Part shown: piece by piece, positions 26,601 to 35,170 of the stretch | Numbering within the stretch: position 1 is the first letter of the stretch | How the letters are laid out: each line of letters begins with the position of its first letter | The notes under the pieces: model-generated | What the model saw: the letters and a program-made list of their open reading frames with translations, nothing else | Told to the model about the DNA's origin: nothing | Databases searched by the model: none | Origin: Tepidisphaeraceae bacterium | Lineage (GTDB): Bacteria; Planctomycetota; Phycisphaerae; Tepidisphaerales; Tepidisphaeraceae | Reading direction: 5' to 3' | DNA length: 62,748 bases | Assembly (NCBI GenBank): GCA_036794395.1 | Contig: DAIRGS010000003.1 | Location: 1-62,748 of the forward strand | Position numbers and translations under genes: made by a program

Positions 26601-26907
26601 GGTTGATCGACGATCGCGTCACCGCCTCGCGAACGTCGTACCCCTTCTTGATGTCTTCCACATCCTGTTCGCTCAGGGTGCAACCGACGAGCAACTGCAT
26701 CCGCCCGCCGCGGGCGATCAGTGCGTCCAGCCCGCGTGCCGCCAGCGCCAGCACGTCGCCCGAAAAATACCCCGTTGCCCGCAGGTACAGGCGCGCCCGC
26801 GACAGCGCCGGGACGAAGAACATCGCAACCAGATCGCCGTCCTCGTGGCTGTACCCGACGTCCCAGTCCCGGTCTCGCAGCGATGATGTCCCCGTCCCCT
26901 CGTTCAC
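23686..26907 (-). CDS. PLD-like nuclease domain fused to SNF2-family helicase
   Basis: N-terminal HKD-like motif [12 protein letters not shown]...[8 protein letters not shown]. SNF2 motifs [41 protein letters not shown] and [22 protein letters not shown]. A GTG start at 26907 overlaps the methylase stop (GTGA). The track ORF's extra 164 N-terminal codons overlap the methylase gene. Confidence 0.85.
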   Translation of the reverse strand: [1073 protein letters not shown]

Positions 26908-29900
26908 GGCTTCCCCGCCTCCGGCTGGTCGAACAGCATCCATTCCTTGGATTGCGGCACCTCGCCAGAAAACATGAGCTTCCGTAGCTTCTCCATCGCC
27001 TCCGCGTCCGCCGCCGCGCCGGCAAGCGCGCCCTTGCCGCTCACCATCCGTGGGGTTGGCAGCACCTGTAGCGCGGCCTCCATCGCCATCAAGAAGGCGC
27101 TGTCCTTGTGCAGTTCGGATCGTTCGATTAGTTCCTTGGCCACACCCACATTCCGTTCCCGCACCGCCTGGGCGACCTGGTGAAGGGCGTCGAGCCGGCA
27201 AATACCGTTGAGCGATCCAATGGCGCTCTTCTTGGCCCGCTGGCCGGAATCCCACACGATGACGTCGCCGCCCTTGAGTTCCAGCACCTTGTTGCGCAAC
27301 TGCTCGTCGAAATTGACGCCGACCACCCGCGCCAGCTTCAGTGCTTCGTCTGCCGGAAACTGCGGGCTTTTGAAAGCGTCCCACGCCAGCACGAACCACT
27401 CGGTTACCGGATCGAGGCTCGCCTTTCGATGGACCGTGGTCAACTCAAGAAGACGCCACTGCTTTACCGCCTTTCGAGCGGCCATGAGAGCGTCTTCAGG
27501 TCGCACCGCATACGGGTCCCACTCCTCATCCTCCACGAGCTTCAACTGCGCGCCCTTGACCGGCAGTGGCCTCTGGTTCGCCCGGCCGCGCTTCATGGGC
27601 CAATTCTTGCTGAACACTTCAAGCGCCGGTCCGAAGCACGACAAATACAGGTCCACACCGCTCATGCCGATGTCGTGAAATAGCCCTACTTTTTGAAGCA
27701 CAATCTCCGTTACCTTTGGCTCGACGTCTTCCCAGTATGTGGTTTCGGCATTCGCGGCCGGCGTCTGGCGCGGACGGCAGACCAGGAAGATCGTACTCTT
27801 CGCGGCGTTCTTATCCTTGATGTGCAGGCTCCCCTCCGCTTCAGTCTGGATCGGCCAGCTTGCCGTGATTACAAATCCCGCGTCCACCAGACCCTTGGCA
27901 AGCGCGTCCCACGCGCCGGTGGCCTTGTGGGTGAACATGAGGGTCATGATGCCCTCGGGCTTCAGTACCCGACGGGCCTCGGTAAAGATCGCCTGCATCC
28001 GCTCCTGGTAGTCGCGGCTGGCGCGTTTCTTCGCCCCGCCGCTTCCTTTGACCTTGGAAAAATCCTTGAACTTCGCCGGGTTCGCGACGGCCTCGCGGTC
28101 CTTGTCGGTCAACTGGTCGGCGAACTGTTCGGGGAACAGCAGCCCCGCAGTCCGCTTCAGCCACACGTAAAAGAAGTCCGCCAACTCCGCGTACATCACA
28201 TTGTCGTAGTAGGGAGGATCGAGTACGACCGCGTCGATGCTGGCGTCGTCGAGTTGCGTAACATTGTCGCCAGAACCTCGAATTATCGTAATTTGGGAGG
28301 TGCCATCTGTCTCCGCCGACGAGCGACGAAAATCGAGGGTAAGGCCGTCGCCGGACAACTCGGTACCACTAAGCTGAATAAGCTCCGCCAAAGCTTTCCC
28401 AGTCTGCTTGATCGCCCAGTCATAGCCCAAACCTGCAACACATGGAGCCATTTCCGCATAGCTCCAAAGGAACGCGAAATCGTGCCGATCAAAGACTCCG
28501 GCGACCACTTCACGATTGGCGTGCCAACGGACTGATCTCGCGTTGTAATTCAGGAGTTTGTCCAATCCAATCGCCAGGTAGGACATCGCCGCTTTGTCGA
28601 TCTCGTTGAGTTTCTTCGATGTTGCGCATTCGGCGACAAGCTCGTGGAAGACTTCCACGCTCGTCCCGTGGCCGAGCAACTGGCGAGGTGAAAACATGTC
28701 GCGCCACTTCAACATGCCGACCTTGCGAGGCTTGTCTGTGCCGCTGCCGGTGTCATCGCCGGTCTTGTGCCCGTGCGGAATCTCCTCGTCCGGCACGATA
28801 TTTCTCGCCAGCCATTCTGGCATCTTGGCATCCAGCGCCTTTTTCACCTGATCGGCGATGTCGTCTTCGGGGCGTGGGGCGCGGAAGCCGCGGGTCTTCT
28901 TGATCTTGGGTTTACCGTTCTTGGCGTGACCGATCACTTTGCGTTCGGTGTAGACGACGGCGTAGAGCTGCTCGCCCATGGCACCTGCAATGGCTTGAGC
29001 CTGAATCTCCGTGTTGTTGAAGACCCGACGACAGTCGGGAAACGGGCAGAGGCCGTCGCCACCTTTGACGGTACCAGCAGATTGGTGGGACGTATCGTCG
29101 ACAATTTCAAACTTGCAGACGCGGTCTTCCGGGTTACCCGTCTGCGGCACCACCCGCACGCCAACGCCCTTGTTGTTCAACCTCCAATTCGGCGACAGCG
29201 GCACAAGCCCGTTGCAATAGGGGCAGTGAACGGTGCGGGCCCACAGATAAGTCGCATCCTCACGTTCGGGGTTCGGATCGCTTGGAAAGAATGGCTGCAT
29301 CCGCTCCTTCATCACCGTCAGCCACTTCCCAGCGAGCACTTTGTACCGTTGCAGCAACTCAGGACCAAAACGTGCGGGGAATTCGACCGTTGCCTTCAGG
29401 ATGAGCCAAGCGACGGGGTTGAGGTCATTGGCGTAGGTATCACAGCCGAGCCGCATCGCTTCGAATGGGATTGACCCACCACCTGCGGTGCTATCGAGGA
29501 CACGGGGAGAAACACCCTGCCCCCCGAGGGTGCGAACATAATCGCGATCTGCTTCGGTTGGGTTGTAGCCAAATGCTCGGTCATATCCATAAGGGTTTGT
29601 AACCCGAACGCCGGTCCGTATTGCCTCTTGTATTAAGACCCTTGCTTTCGCTGGGTCGCCGTGGATGCCAAGGGCGTGGAGGAATTTCTTGTGATCGGCG
29701 TCGGCGGGAAGAAGGGACGCCAACACCGCGGCCCGGCTGGCGACGAGCGGACGACGCGCCCACCACACGTGCAGCCGGTTCGGCGCCGGGAACGGCGTCA
29801 TCGGCGTCCGCTCGCGCAGCGACTCGATTCCAATCTCCACGATGGGCAACCACTCCTCGATCAGCCGGCGCGTTGAACCAACGGCGGGCTTGCGGCTGAT

Positions 29901-29921
29901 GTCGGCGGCGGCATTGGTCAT
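26904..29921 (-). CDS. DUF1156-type DNA methyltransferase (DPPY motif, Zn-ribbon insert)
   Basis: N-terminal NRLHVWWARRPLVASRA (DUF1156 signature). SAM motif VLDSTAGGGSIPFEAMRLG. Catalytic VLDPPYYDNVMYAELADFFYVW. CPYCNG...CPFPDC zinc ribbon. The ATG at 29921 is preceded by GGAAGGAG. Confidence 0.85.
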   Translation of the reverse strand: MTNAAADISRKPAVGSTRRLIEEWLPIVEIGIESLRERTPMTPFPAPNRLHVWWARRPLVASRAAVLASLLPADADHKKFLHALGIHGDPAKARVLIQEAIRTGVRVTNPYGYDRAFGYNPTEADRDYVRTLGGQGVSPRVLDSTAGGGSIPFEAMRLGCDTYANDLNPVAWLILKATVEFPARFGPELLQRYKVLAGKWLTVMKERMQPFFPSDPNPEREDATYLWARTVHCPYCNGLVPLSPNWRLNNKGVGVRVVPQTGNPEDRVCKFEIVDDTSHQSAGTVKGGDGLCPFPDCRRVFNNTEIQAQAIAGAMGEQLYAVVYTERKVIGHAKNGKPKIKKTRGFRAPRPEDDIADQVKKALDAKMPEWLARNIVPDEEIPHGHKTGDDTGSGTDKPRKVGMLKWRDMFSPRQLLGHGTSVEVFHELVAECATSKKLNEIDKAAMSYLAIGLDKLLNYNARSVRWHANREVVAGVFDRHDFAFLWSYAEMAPCVAGLGYDWAIKQTGKALAELIQLSGTELSGDGLTLDFRRSSAETDGTSQITIIRGSGDNVTQLDDASIDAVVLDPPYYDNVMYAELADFFYVWLKRTAGLLFPEQFADQLTDKDREAVANPAKFKDFSKVKGSGGAKKRASRDYQERMQAIFTEARRVLKPEGIMTLMFTHKATGAWDALAKGLVDAGFVITASWPIQTEAEGSLHIKDKNAAKSTIFLVCRPRQTPAANAETTYWEDVEPKVTEIVLQKVGLFHDIGMSGVDLYLSCFGPALEVFSKNWPMKRGRANQRPLPVKGAQLKLVEDEEWDPYAVRPEDALMAARKAVKQWRLLELTTVHRKASLDPVTEWFVLAWDAFKSPQFPADEALKLARVVGVNFDEQLRNKVLELKGGDVIVWDSGQRAKKSAIGSLNGICRLDALHQVAQAVRERNVGVAKELIERSELHKDSAFLMAMEAALQVLPTPRMVSGKGALAGAAADAEAMEKLRKLMFSGEVPQSKEWMLFDQPEAGKP

Positions 29922-29991
29922 GGTCACGAACTCCTTCCCAGGAAATGCATCTTCCTTCTGGGCTGGCGGAAAGCAAAGTGTTCGCATTCGG

Positions 29992-30441
29992 TCAGACGGT
30001 CTTGCCCGTGTTCTGGTCGATTCGAACAAGCCGGAGATGCGATGGCGAGAGGTGATCGAAATCGCGGTCGGTGGTCATCAAGGACGCCTGAGAAACATGA
30101 GCTACGGCGGCGATCCAAAGATCGTTTTTGCCCATTTGGTTACGGCCGACTGATCGGCTGTGGGCGTCGATCTCCGCGTAGGCATCGATGATTTGGGATT
30201 CATTGATATCGACGGTGACGAACTGCGCAAGGATGTGATTGACGGTTGTGACTTTGGCATTTCCCCACGCGCGTTTTTTCGCGAAAGCCAGTGCTTCGCC
30301 TCGGGTGACGACGCAAATCAGTGGTCGGTACGGTGAGGTCAGCAGCGTGTAGTCGGCCTCGATTTGCTGACCAACAGTCTTGCCCCGCGAATAATGGATG
30401 ACGATGTTGGTATCCAGGAGGTAAAGCAACGGCGCGGTCAT
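29992..30441 (-). CDS. PIN-domain (VapC-like) ribonuclease toxin
   Basis: LLDTNIVIHY...DLWIAAVA...LMTTDRDFDHL carries the PIN acidic residues. The ATG overlaps the upstream stop (ATGA). Confidence 0.85.
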   Translation of the reverse strand: MTAPLLYLLDTNIVIHYSRGKTVGQQIEADYTLLTSPYRPLICVVTRGEALAFAKKRAWGNAKVTTVNHILAQFVTVDINESQIIDAYAEIDAHSRSVGRNQMGKNDLWIAAVAHVSQASLMTTDRDFDHLSPSHLRLVRIDQNTGKTV

Positions 30442-31391
30442 TCGACCTCCGCCAGGGTGCGGAGAATCTCATCGTCGCTTTCGTCGCCGGGCCATTTTCC
30501 GAAGACCGCTTTCATTCCAGTGGTAGCCGTCTGCGGTTGCAGCAAGTGTGACTTGCGAAGCGTGAGACCTCCCGGAGGTGGCAGTCGGGAGAACAGCCGA
30601 TCGGCCGCGGTGGCGGCATCAATCGCTTCGGCATCGATGCGCAGCGCCGTGCCGGAAGCGCGGTAGGTCACCTGGCCGTTGACGACCACGTCCTGGTCAA
30701 GATGTTGCCGTAGCGGAGCCACGTTGGACCCGAGCCAGATGCCCCGGAGTTTCTGGCCGTCCTTGAGGATCAGGATGAAGACCTTGTCGCTGGCCCGGAT
30801 CATGTCCAGATGGCCGGTCACACGCGCTCGCACCGGCACCGGCGTTTCCATGTACAGCAAGCTGGCTATCTCGGCCAGCGCGCGGTCGATCTTCGGGGGA
30901 CGCTCGACCGGTAGCCGGCCGCCGAGTAACGAGATCTCATCCACGCCATGATGGAAGACCGGCTCTTTGAAGCCTTCGAGCCGCCTGAGAACACCAATAT
31001 CAAACCGATCGCTGTCGCGAACGTTCCTTGCAACGTCGGTGACCATGTCACCTATCGCGTCGAATGCGGTATCGTCCTGACTGGGCAGCGCACCAAAAAG
31101 CTGGCCTTGCTTGTACACCTCGTCGGCCACGTCCCCGAACCGTGGCGCTTGGAAATGCAGACGCGTGCTGTTCTCAGCGCCAGCACTGATGCCAACAAAT
31201 CGCACATCGGACGCCCGGCGCATCCACTGCGGTCTGCGCCCACGTCCGCGACTGGAACCTCGGAAGCCCATGCCGACCGAATCGATGGCGAGGCTCTTCA
31301 TCCGTCGAAGGATCGCGCCAACGGGCTCGGGGTCGGGCCGGCCCTCGGCTACACGCCTTCCTCTGATGCTGACTTGATGTTCAACAAGCAT
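30438..31391 (-). CDS. 317-aa protein coupled to the PIN toxin (antitoxin position, unusually large; C-terminal GKWPGDESDDEI tail)
   Basis: No recognisable enzymatic motif. The C-terminus AVFGKWPGDESDDEILRTLAEVE resembles antitoxin-type tails. It has a 4-nt overlap with the PIN gene. Confidence 0.6.
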   Translation of the reverse strand: MLVEHQVSIRGRRVAEGRPDPEPVGAILRRMKSLAIDSVGMGFRGSSRGRGRRPQWMRRASDVRFVGISAGAENSTRLHFQAPRFGDVADEVYKQGQLFGALPSQDDTAFDAIGDMVTDVARNVRDSDRFDIGVLRRLEGFKEPVFHHGVDEISLLGGRLPVERPPKIDRALAEIASLLYMETPVPVRARVTGHLDMIRASDKVFILILKDGQKLRGIWLGSNVAPLRQHLDQDVVVNGQVTYRASGTALRIDAEAIDAATAADRLFSRLPPPGGLTLRKSHLLQPQTATTGMKAVFGKWPGDESDDEILRTLAEVE

Positions 31392-31496
31392 GACAGGCCA
31401 AGCCTTTCCGCAGTTCAGGAGCGCCCCGCGGCGGCGGGGGCGTTGGGCAATGTCTGATACTATTCTACGCCGGACACCATCGGTCAGGGGAGCATG

Positions 31497-31982
31497 CTAA
31501 GGCGTGGTGAGCAAAACCCGAAGCGCAGCCAAGACGCGCCGCGGATAGACGCGATGGACAGCCATGCCGAGCCAATACCCCGCCTCTTCGCGGCTCATTT
31601 TATCGATGCCGTCGGCGACCATCTTGATTCGATCGACGCTTCGCATCGGCGCGAGCACGCGGAAGAGCAACGCCATGGTGAGCGCCAAGTCCTCGTCGAT
31701 CTGAAACTCAGCGACCTGGCCCTTCCTGACATTTGCGATACTGATGCCGGCCTGGCGAAGGCGCTTGGTAATGCGTGATTCCATCATGCGCCACGGTCGC
31801 CCGGCGAGCGAAGCTGTCCGTTCGGCCTGCTGTAAACGCGGGGTAGACGTGCTGGGCAATTGCCAGATCGCCACCTCGATTTCAGTGTTCGTCGTGGCAG
31901 CGACGCGCAGTTGATAAATTGGATGGCTGTCGGCCCGACTGAGCGAGAGATTCGGTCGAAGCGGAATTGGATTCGCAGTCAT
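31497..31982 (-). CDS. Small protein (161 aa) in the slot occupied by DUF3780-type genes in DUF499/DUF1156 loci
   Basis: The ATG lies 1 nt after the TAA of the ATPase gene. The C-terminus reads DEDLALTMALLFRVLAPMRSVDRIKMVADGIDKMSREEAGYWLGMAVHR. The family assignment is from memory and is not verified. Confidence 0.6.
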   Translation of the reverse strand: MTANPIPLRPNLSLSRADSHPIYQLRVAATTNTEIEVAIWQLPSTSTPRLQQAERTASLAGRPWRMMESRITKRLRQAGISIANVRKGQVAEFQIDEDLALTMALLFRVLAPMRSVDRIKMVADGIDKMSREEAGYWLGMAVHRVYPRRVLAALRVLLTTP

Positions 31983-31983
31983 G

Positions 31984-34900
31984 TTAAGCACTCTTTTCTG
32001 GCGCGGCTTCAGCTTCAACGTAAGCTTCGCCGCCGCCGTACTTGGTCATGGCATTCATGAACGCGTCGGCCTTTTCGGTTGCTGTCGCCAGGGGCGCTCC
32101 GAAGGCCAGTGTGTATTGCGCTTCGAACTGATGATCGGAAGCGGCGCGGATTTGTGTGTCGATGAACGACTTCACGGCATTGGCCTTCGTCATATTGCCG
32201 CCGAACTCGACCTGAAGCGCGTCAATGCCCTCGGCATCAACGTTGGCGGAAAAGTGGCACGTGATGGTCGCATCGCGAAAAGTGGCCAGAGCCTGATGGA
32301 CCATCCATGCTGGGTTGGCTTCCCAGAGACGAATGCGAATCTGACTAACTGTTTTGATCCCCCCTTTACGCAACTTCTCGAACAGTTCGGCGAGCGCCTG
32401 TTTTAGCGGTCCTTGTGCTGAGAATTCAGGCTTCGGCTTCGCGGGCTCGGCGGCGGACAGGCCGATGCCTCCAACGCCGGTAATCGGTGCCGCGCCTGTT
32501 GGTGAGGTCTTCGTGCCACCACCGCTGACGCCGCCGTATGTCTGGATCGGTTCTTCTTTCGGTTTGCGCGGCCAAAGCCCAACCTTGTTCGCCTCCGACA
32601 TCGTGTAGACGAAGGCGTTGTCACTGATTGAAATAGAAGGCGTCGGATCACCTGGACCCCAGACCAGATCGCCTTGTTTATAGACGAACAACCCAGTGTC
32701 GATCCCCTGGCGAATGCATTGCATCAGGGGACCGTTGTCGAGCAGCATCGACAGCTTCGGCGCGCGCCGGAATTCGTTTCGCAATTCCTGCGTAGTGAGA
32801 AAGCCCTTCACTTTTAGCGGCGTCTGGTCGCGCACGAAGCCAGGCGCATCGGGCTGATCTCCCGCTTCGAGGAGCTTCTTTTGATCGCGGAGCGCACGAC
32901 GGATGTGGACCTGCCCATTGCCGGGATCGCTGGAGACGTTCGCCAGCTCGATCGCGGTGTGGCCGAGTTGGACATTTCCGCCGCCGACCGCAATGTGGCT
33001 GGGGTAAAACAGGTGGCGGTAGCATTGCATGATTGCTTGCGCGATGCGGAAATTCGACTTATCGAATTCTTCGTTCACCGTGCGCTGTTGATGATCCGCA
33101 AGTTCGCGCATGCGATCGGGCTTCTTCAATTCCACCAACGCAAGTTTTCGGCGAACCGCTTGCTTCATGTCCTCGCGATAGCGCTCATCGGCTACGAGGA
33201 AGACCAGGTTGTTCTGATAACTTCGAAGTTCTTCTTTCGTTCCTTTACGCTGGAACATGCGCACGATATCCCCAGGCAGCGACGTTGGCTCATCGGACAC
33301 GGCAAACGCGTCGTAGCCGAGCAGCACGAGATAGGGTCTGCCATCGCCGATGTCGTCCGGCACGTTGTAAGGAGCCGCCGCAAAGGGAATCAGTTCAAGG
33401 TTTTGGCCGCGACCGTCGAATAGATCACTGAGCGTTTCGTTTAACGTTGTTCGCAATTCATCTGCATCAACATTGTTCATCGCCTTGCGGATCATCTGTG
33501 TGAGGTTCGCCTCAACCCGGAATCGCAACGGCGCGCCGGGGCGGTCGTCGAGATAGAGCGATTCGGCGACGAACTGCTTGCGCGCCGACTCAATGAAGGT
33601 CGGCTCGATTGACGGCGAGCAGACGGAGTAACGAAGCTGATCCGGTTTGACGCCCTGCGCGGCCTCTCCATACGCGAGCGTGTGAAGAAAGATCGTATTG
33701 GCGACGTAACTGGTCACGGGCGGCTGACCGGGAAAGTTGATTGAGTCGAGCCGCTGTGCGATAGCCGCATCTTTTCCCGGTACCGCGGCCACGTCGGTGG
33801 CAAGTGCGGTTGTGTAGGACCCTTGGCCGAGACGAGTAGTGATCTCCTCCCGGATTGGGCCGTAGGCGGGGTCAATGTGGTGAAGGTGAATGGCATGAGC
33901 ATCGGCTGGCCTCGATTCCCAGAGGTGCCGAACGGTGCGCGACAACAGCCGAAGCATCCCACGAGTCCGTTGAAACGTGGAAAGGCTGCTGGTCTTCTCG
34001 ATCAGCGTGTTTAGCGTCTCGGGATGAAGCGGGTATCCGCGGCGAAACTGGTCGCGCGTCTCCGCACTGAACGCTTCGGCCGGGAGTGCCTCTTTGTTCT
34101 TGTCCCACATGCCGAAATACGCCGAGAGGACCGGGGTCGCGGCGTCGAGATCGACGTGATCGAAGAGCCGGCGACGAAGGACATCGACGGTTTCGTCCTC
34201 CTCCGTGGGATTGAGCTGGGTGGATTTACGCGAGACGATTTGCTCGGCCTCCTCGAACGCCTTCAACGCAATCTGATGTTCTGCCTTGTAGGCATCTTTG
34301 GCTTCTTTGTCGTCCGCCTTTACGGCGAGCGTGAAAACCAGCGCAACCTGAGGTGTGGCGGACACGGCTTTAATAAGACCCTGAATGAACGCGGAGAACT
34401 GCTCAGCGCCGTTCGGAAAAACCCTGGCCACCTTTCGGAGATAGACCGAAACCTCATCTATGACGATGAGCGTCGGCTCGCCGCCGAATAGCTCGGCGAT
34501 TGTGCGGTCTCCCGGTGCAGTATGCGTTTCATCGCTCTTGCGGACACGCTCGAAACCGGCGCGCCCGGCGAGACGGTAGGCCATCTCGCCCCAGAGGCTG
34601 CGAGCAACCAGGCCTGGCTCCAGCGCCAGACCATTGGCGGGATCGGCATTCTCCCCATCGAGTGCTGCGACACGGACGTGCCCCTTCGGCAGAAGACTTG
34701 GATCGACGAACTCCTTCACGTTGGCGACTTTGTGCATCCCGCGGACAGCGTGGATCAGGGCGATCAAGCTATGGGTCTTGCCGCCGCCGTACTGCGTATC
34801 CAGTCGAATGACCGAGTTCATCTCGCCGCCGACGCCGCTCAGTCGTCGGCACACCGTTTCCAGCAAGGTCCGCAAACCCCGCGTGGGGTACGTATTCTGA

Positions 34901-35043
34901 AAGAAAACCGCGGGATCGCTGTATTCCCGCACCTTTCCATCGGGAGTGGTGACAGCGGATAAATCAGCGGCAAACTCCTCGTCCCGGAGTCGGCCGGACA
35001 ACACGTCCTTTCGGGGATGGCAAAGATCAAAGATTGTCTGCAT
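31984..35043 (-). CDS. DUF499-type (BrxC/PglY-like) large ATPase
   Basis: N-terminus MQTIFDLCHPRKDVLSGRLRDEEFAADLSAV and P-loop LDTQYGGGKTHSLIAL are typical of the DUF499 ATPase family. 1019 aa. Confidence 0.8.
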   Translation of the reverse strand: MQTIFDLCHPRKDVLSGRLRDEEFAADLSAVTTPDGKVREYSDPAVFFQNTYPTRGLRTLLETVCRRLSGVGGEMNSVIRLDTQYGGGKTHSLIALIHAVRGMHKVANVKEFVDPSLLPKGHVRVAALDGENADPANGLALEPGLVARSLWGEMAYRLAGRAGFERVRKSDETHTAPGDRTIAELFGGEPTLIVIDEVSVYLRKVARVFPNGAEQFSAFIQGLIKAVSATPQVALVFTLAVKADDKEAKDAYKAEHQIALKAFEEAEQIVSRKSTQLNPTEEDETVDVLRRRLFDHVDLDAATPVLSAYFGMWDKNKEALPAEAFSAETRDQFRRGYPLHPETLNTLIEKTSSLSTFQRTRGMLRLLSRTVRHLWESRPADAHAIHLHHIDPAYGPIREEITTRLGQGSYTTALATDVAAVPGKDAAIAQRLDSINFPGQPPVTSYVANTIFLHTLAYGEAAQGVKPDQLRYSVCSPSIEPTFIESARKQFVAESLYLDDRPGAPLRFRVEANLTQMIRKAMNNVDADELRTTLNETLSDLFDGRGQNLELIPFAAAPYNVPDDIGDGRPYLVLLGYDAFAVSDEPTSLPGDIVRMFQRKGTKEELRSYQNNLVFLVADERYREDMKQAVRRKLALVELKKPDRMRELADHQQRTVNEEFDKSNFRIAQAIMQCYRHLFYPSHIAVGGGNVQLGHTAIELANVSSDPGNGQVHIRRALRDQKKLLEAGDQPDAPGFVRDQTPLKVKGFLTTQELRNEFRRAPKLSMLLDNGPLMQCIRQGIDTGLFVYKQGDLVWGPGDPTPSISISDNAFVYTMSEANKVGLWPRKPKEEPIQTYGGVSGGGTKTSPTGAAPITGVGGIGLSAAEPAKPKPEFSAQGPLKQALAELFEKLRKGGIKTVSQIRIRLWEANPAWMVHQALATFRDATITCHFSANVDAEGIDALQVEFGGNMTKANAVKSFIDTQIRAASDHQFEAQYTLAFGAPLATATEKADAFMNAMTKYGGGEAYVEAEAAPEKSA

Positions 35044-35170
35044 CGGATAAGACCTTCAAGCTACCGAGGGGTGTCATTACCGTCGGTCAGAGTTGAAGGA
35101 TAATCGGATGGTGCTCAACAAACCAGAATGGTCGAAGCCGCCGCGGCGCGATGTCGCGCGCCGAGCAGTT

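Noticed and set aside
23686-27399. Full 1237-aa version of the helicase ORF
   Set aside because: The first 164 codons overlap the methylase gene in another frame and are G/R/A-rich. A GTG at 26907 overlapping the methylase stop gives an N-terminus that starts just before the PLD-like domain.
25990-28535. Plus-strand ORFs of 298 aa and 280 aa (and many shorter ones)
   Set aside because: They are antisense to the SNF2 helicase and DUF1156 methylase genes, which carry unambiguous motifs. No RBS or motif supports them.
23323-35043. Classifying the minus-strand operon as BREX or DISARM
   Set aside because: No PglZ phosphatase or PglX-type methylase is present (so not BREX), and no DUF1998/DrmA-DrmB pair is present (so not DISARM). 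Only the DUF499 ATPase and the PLD/SNF2 domains are shared with those systems.
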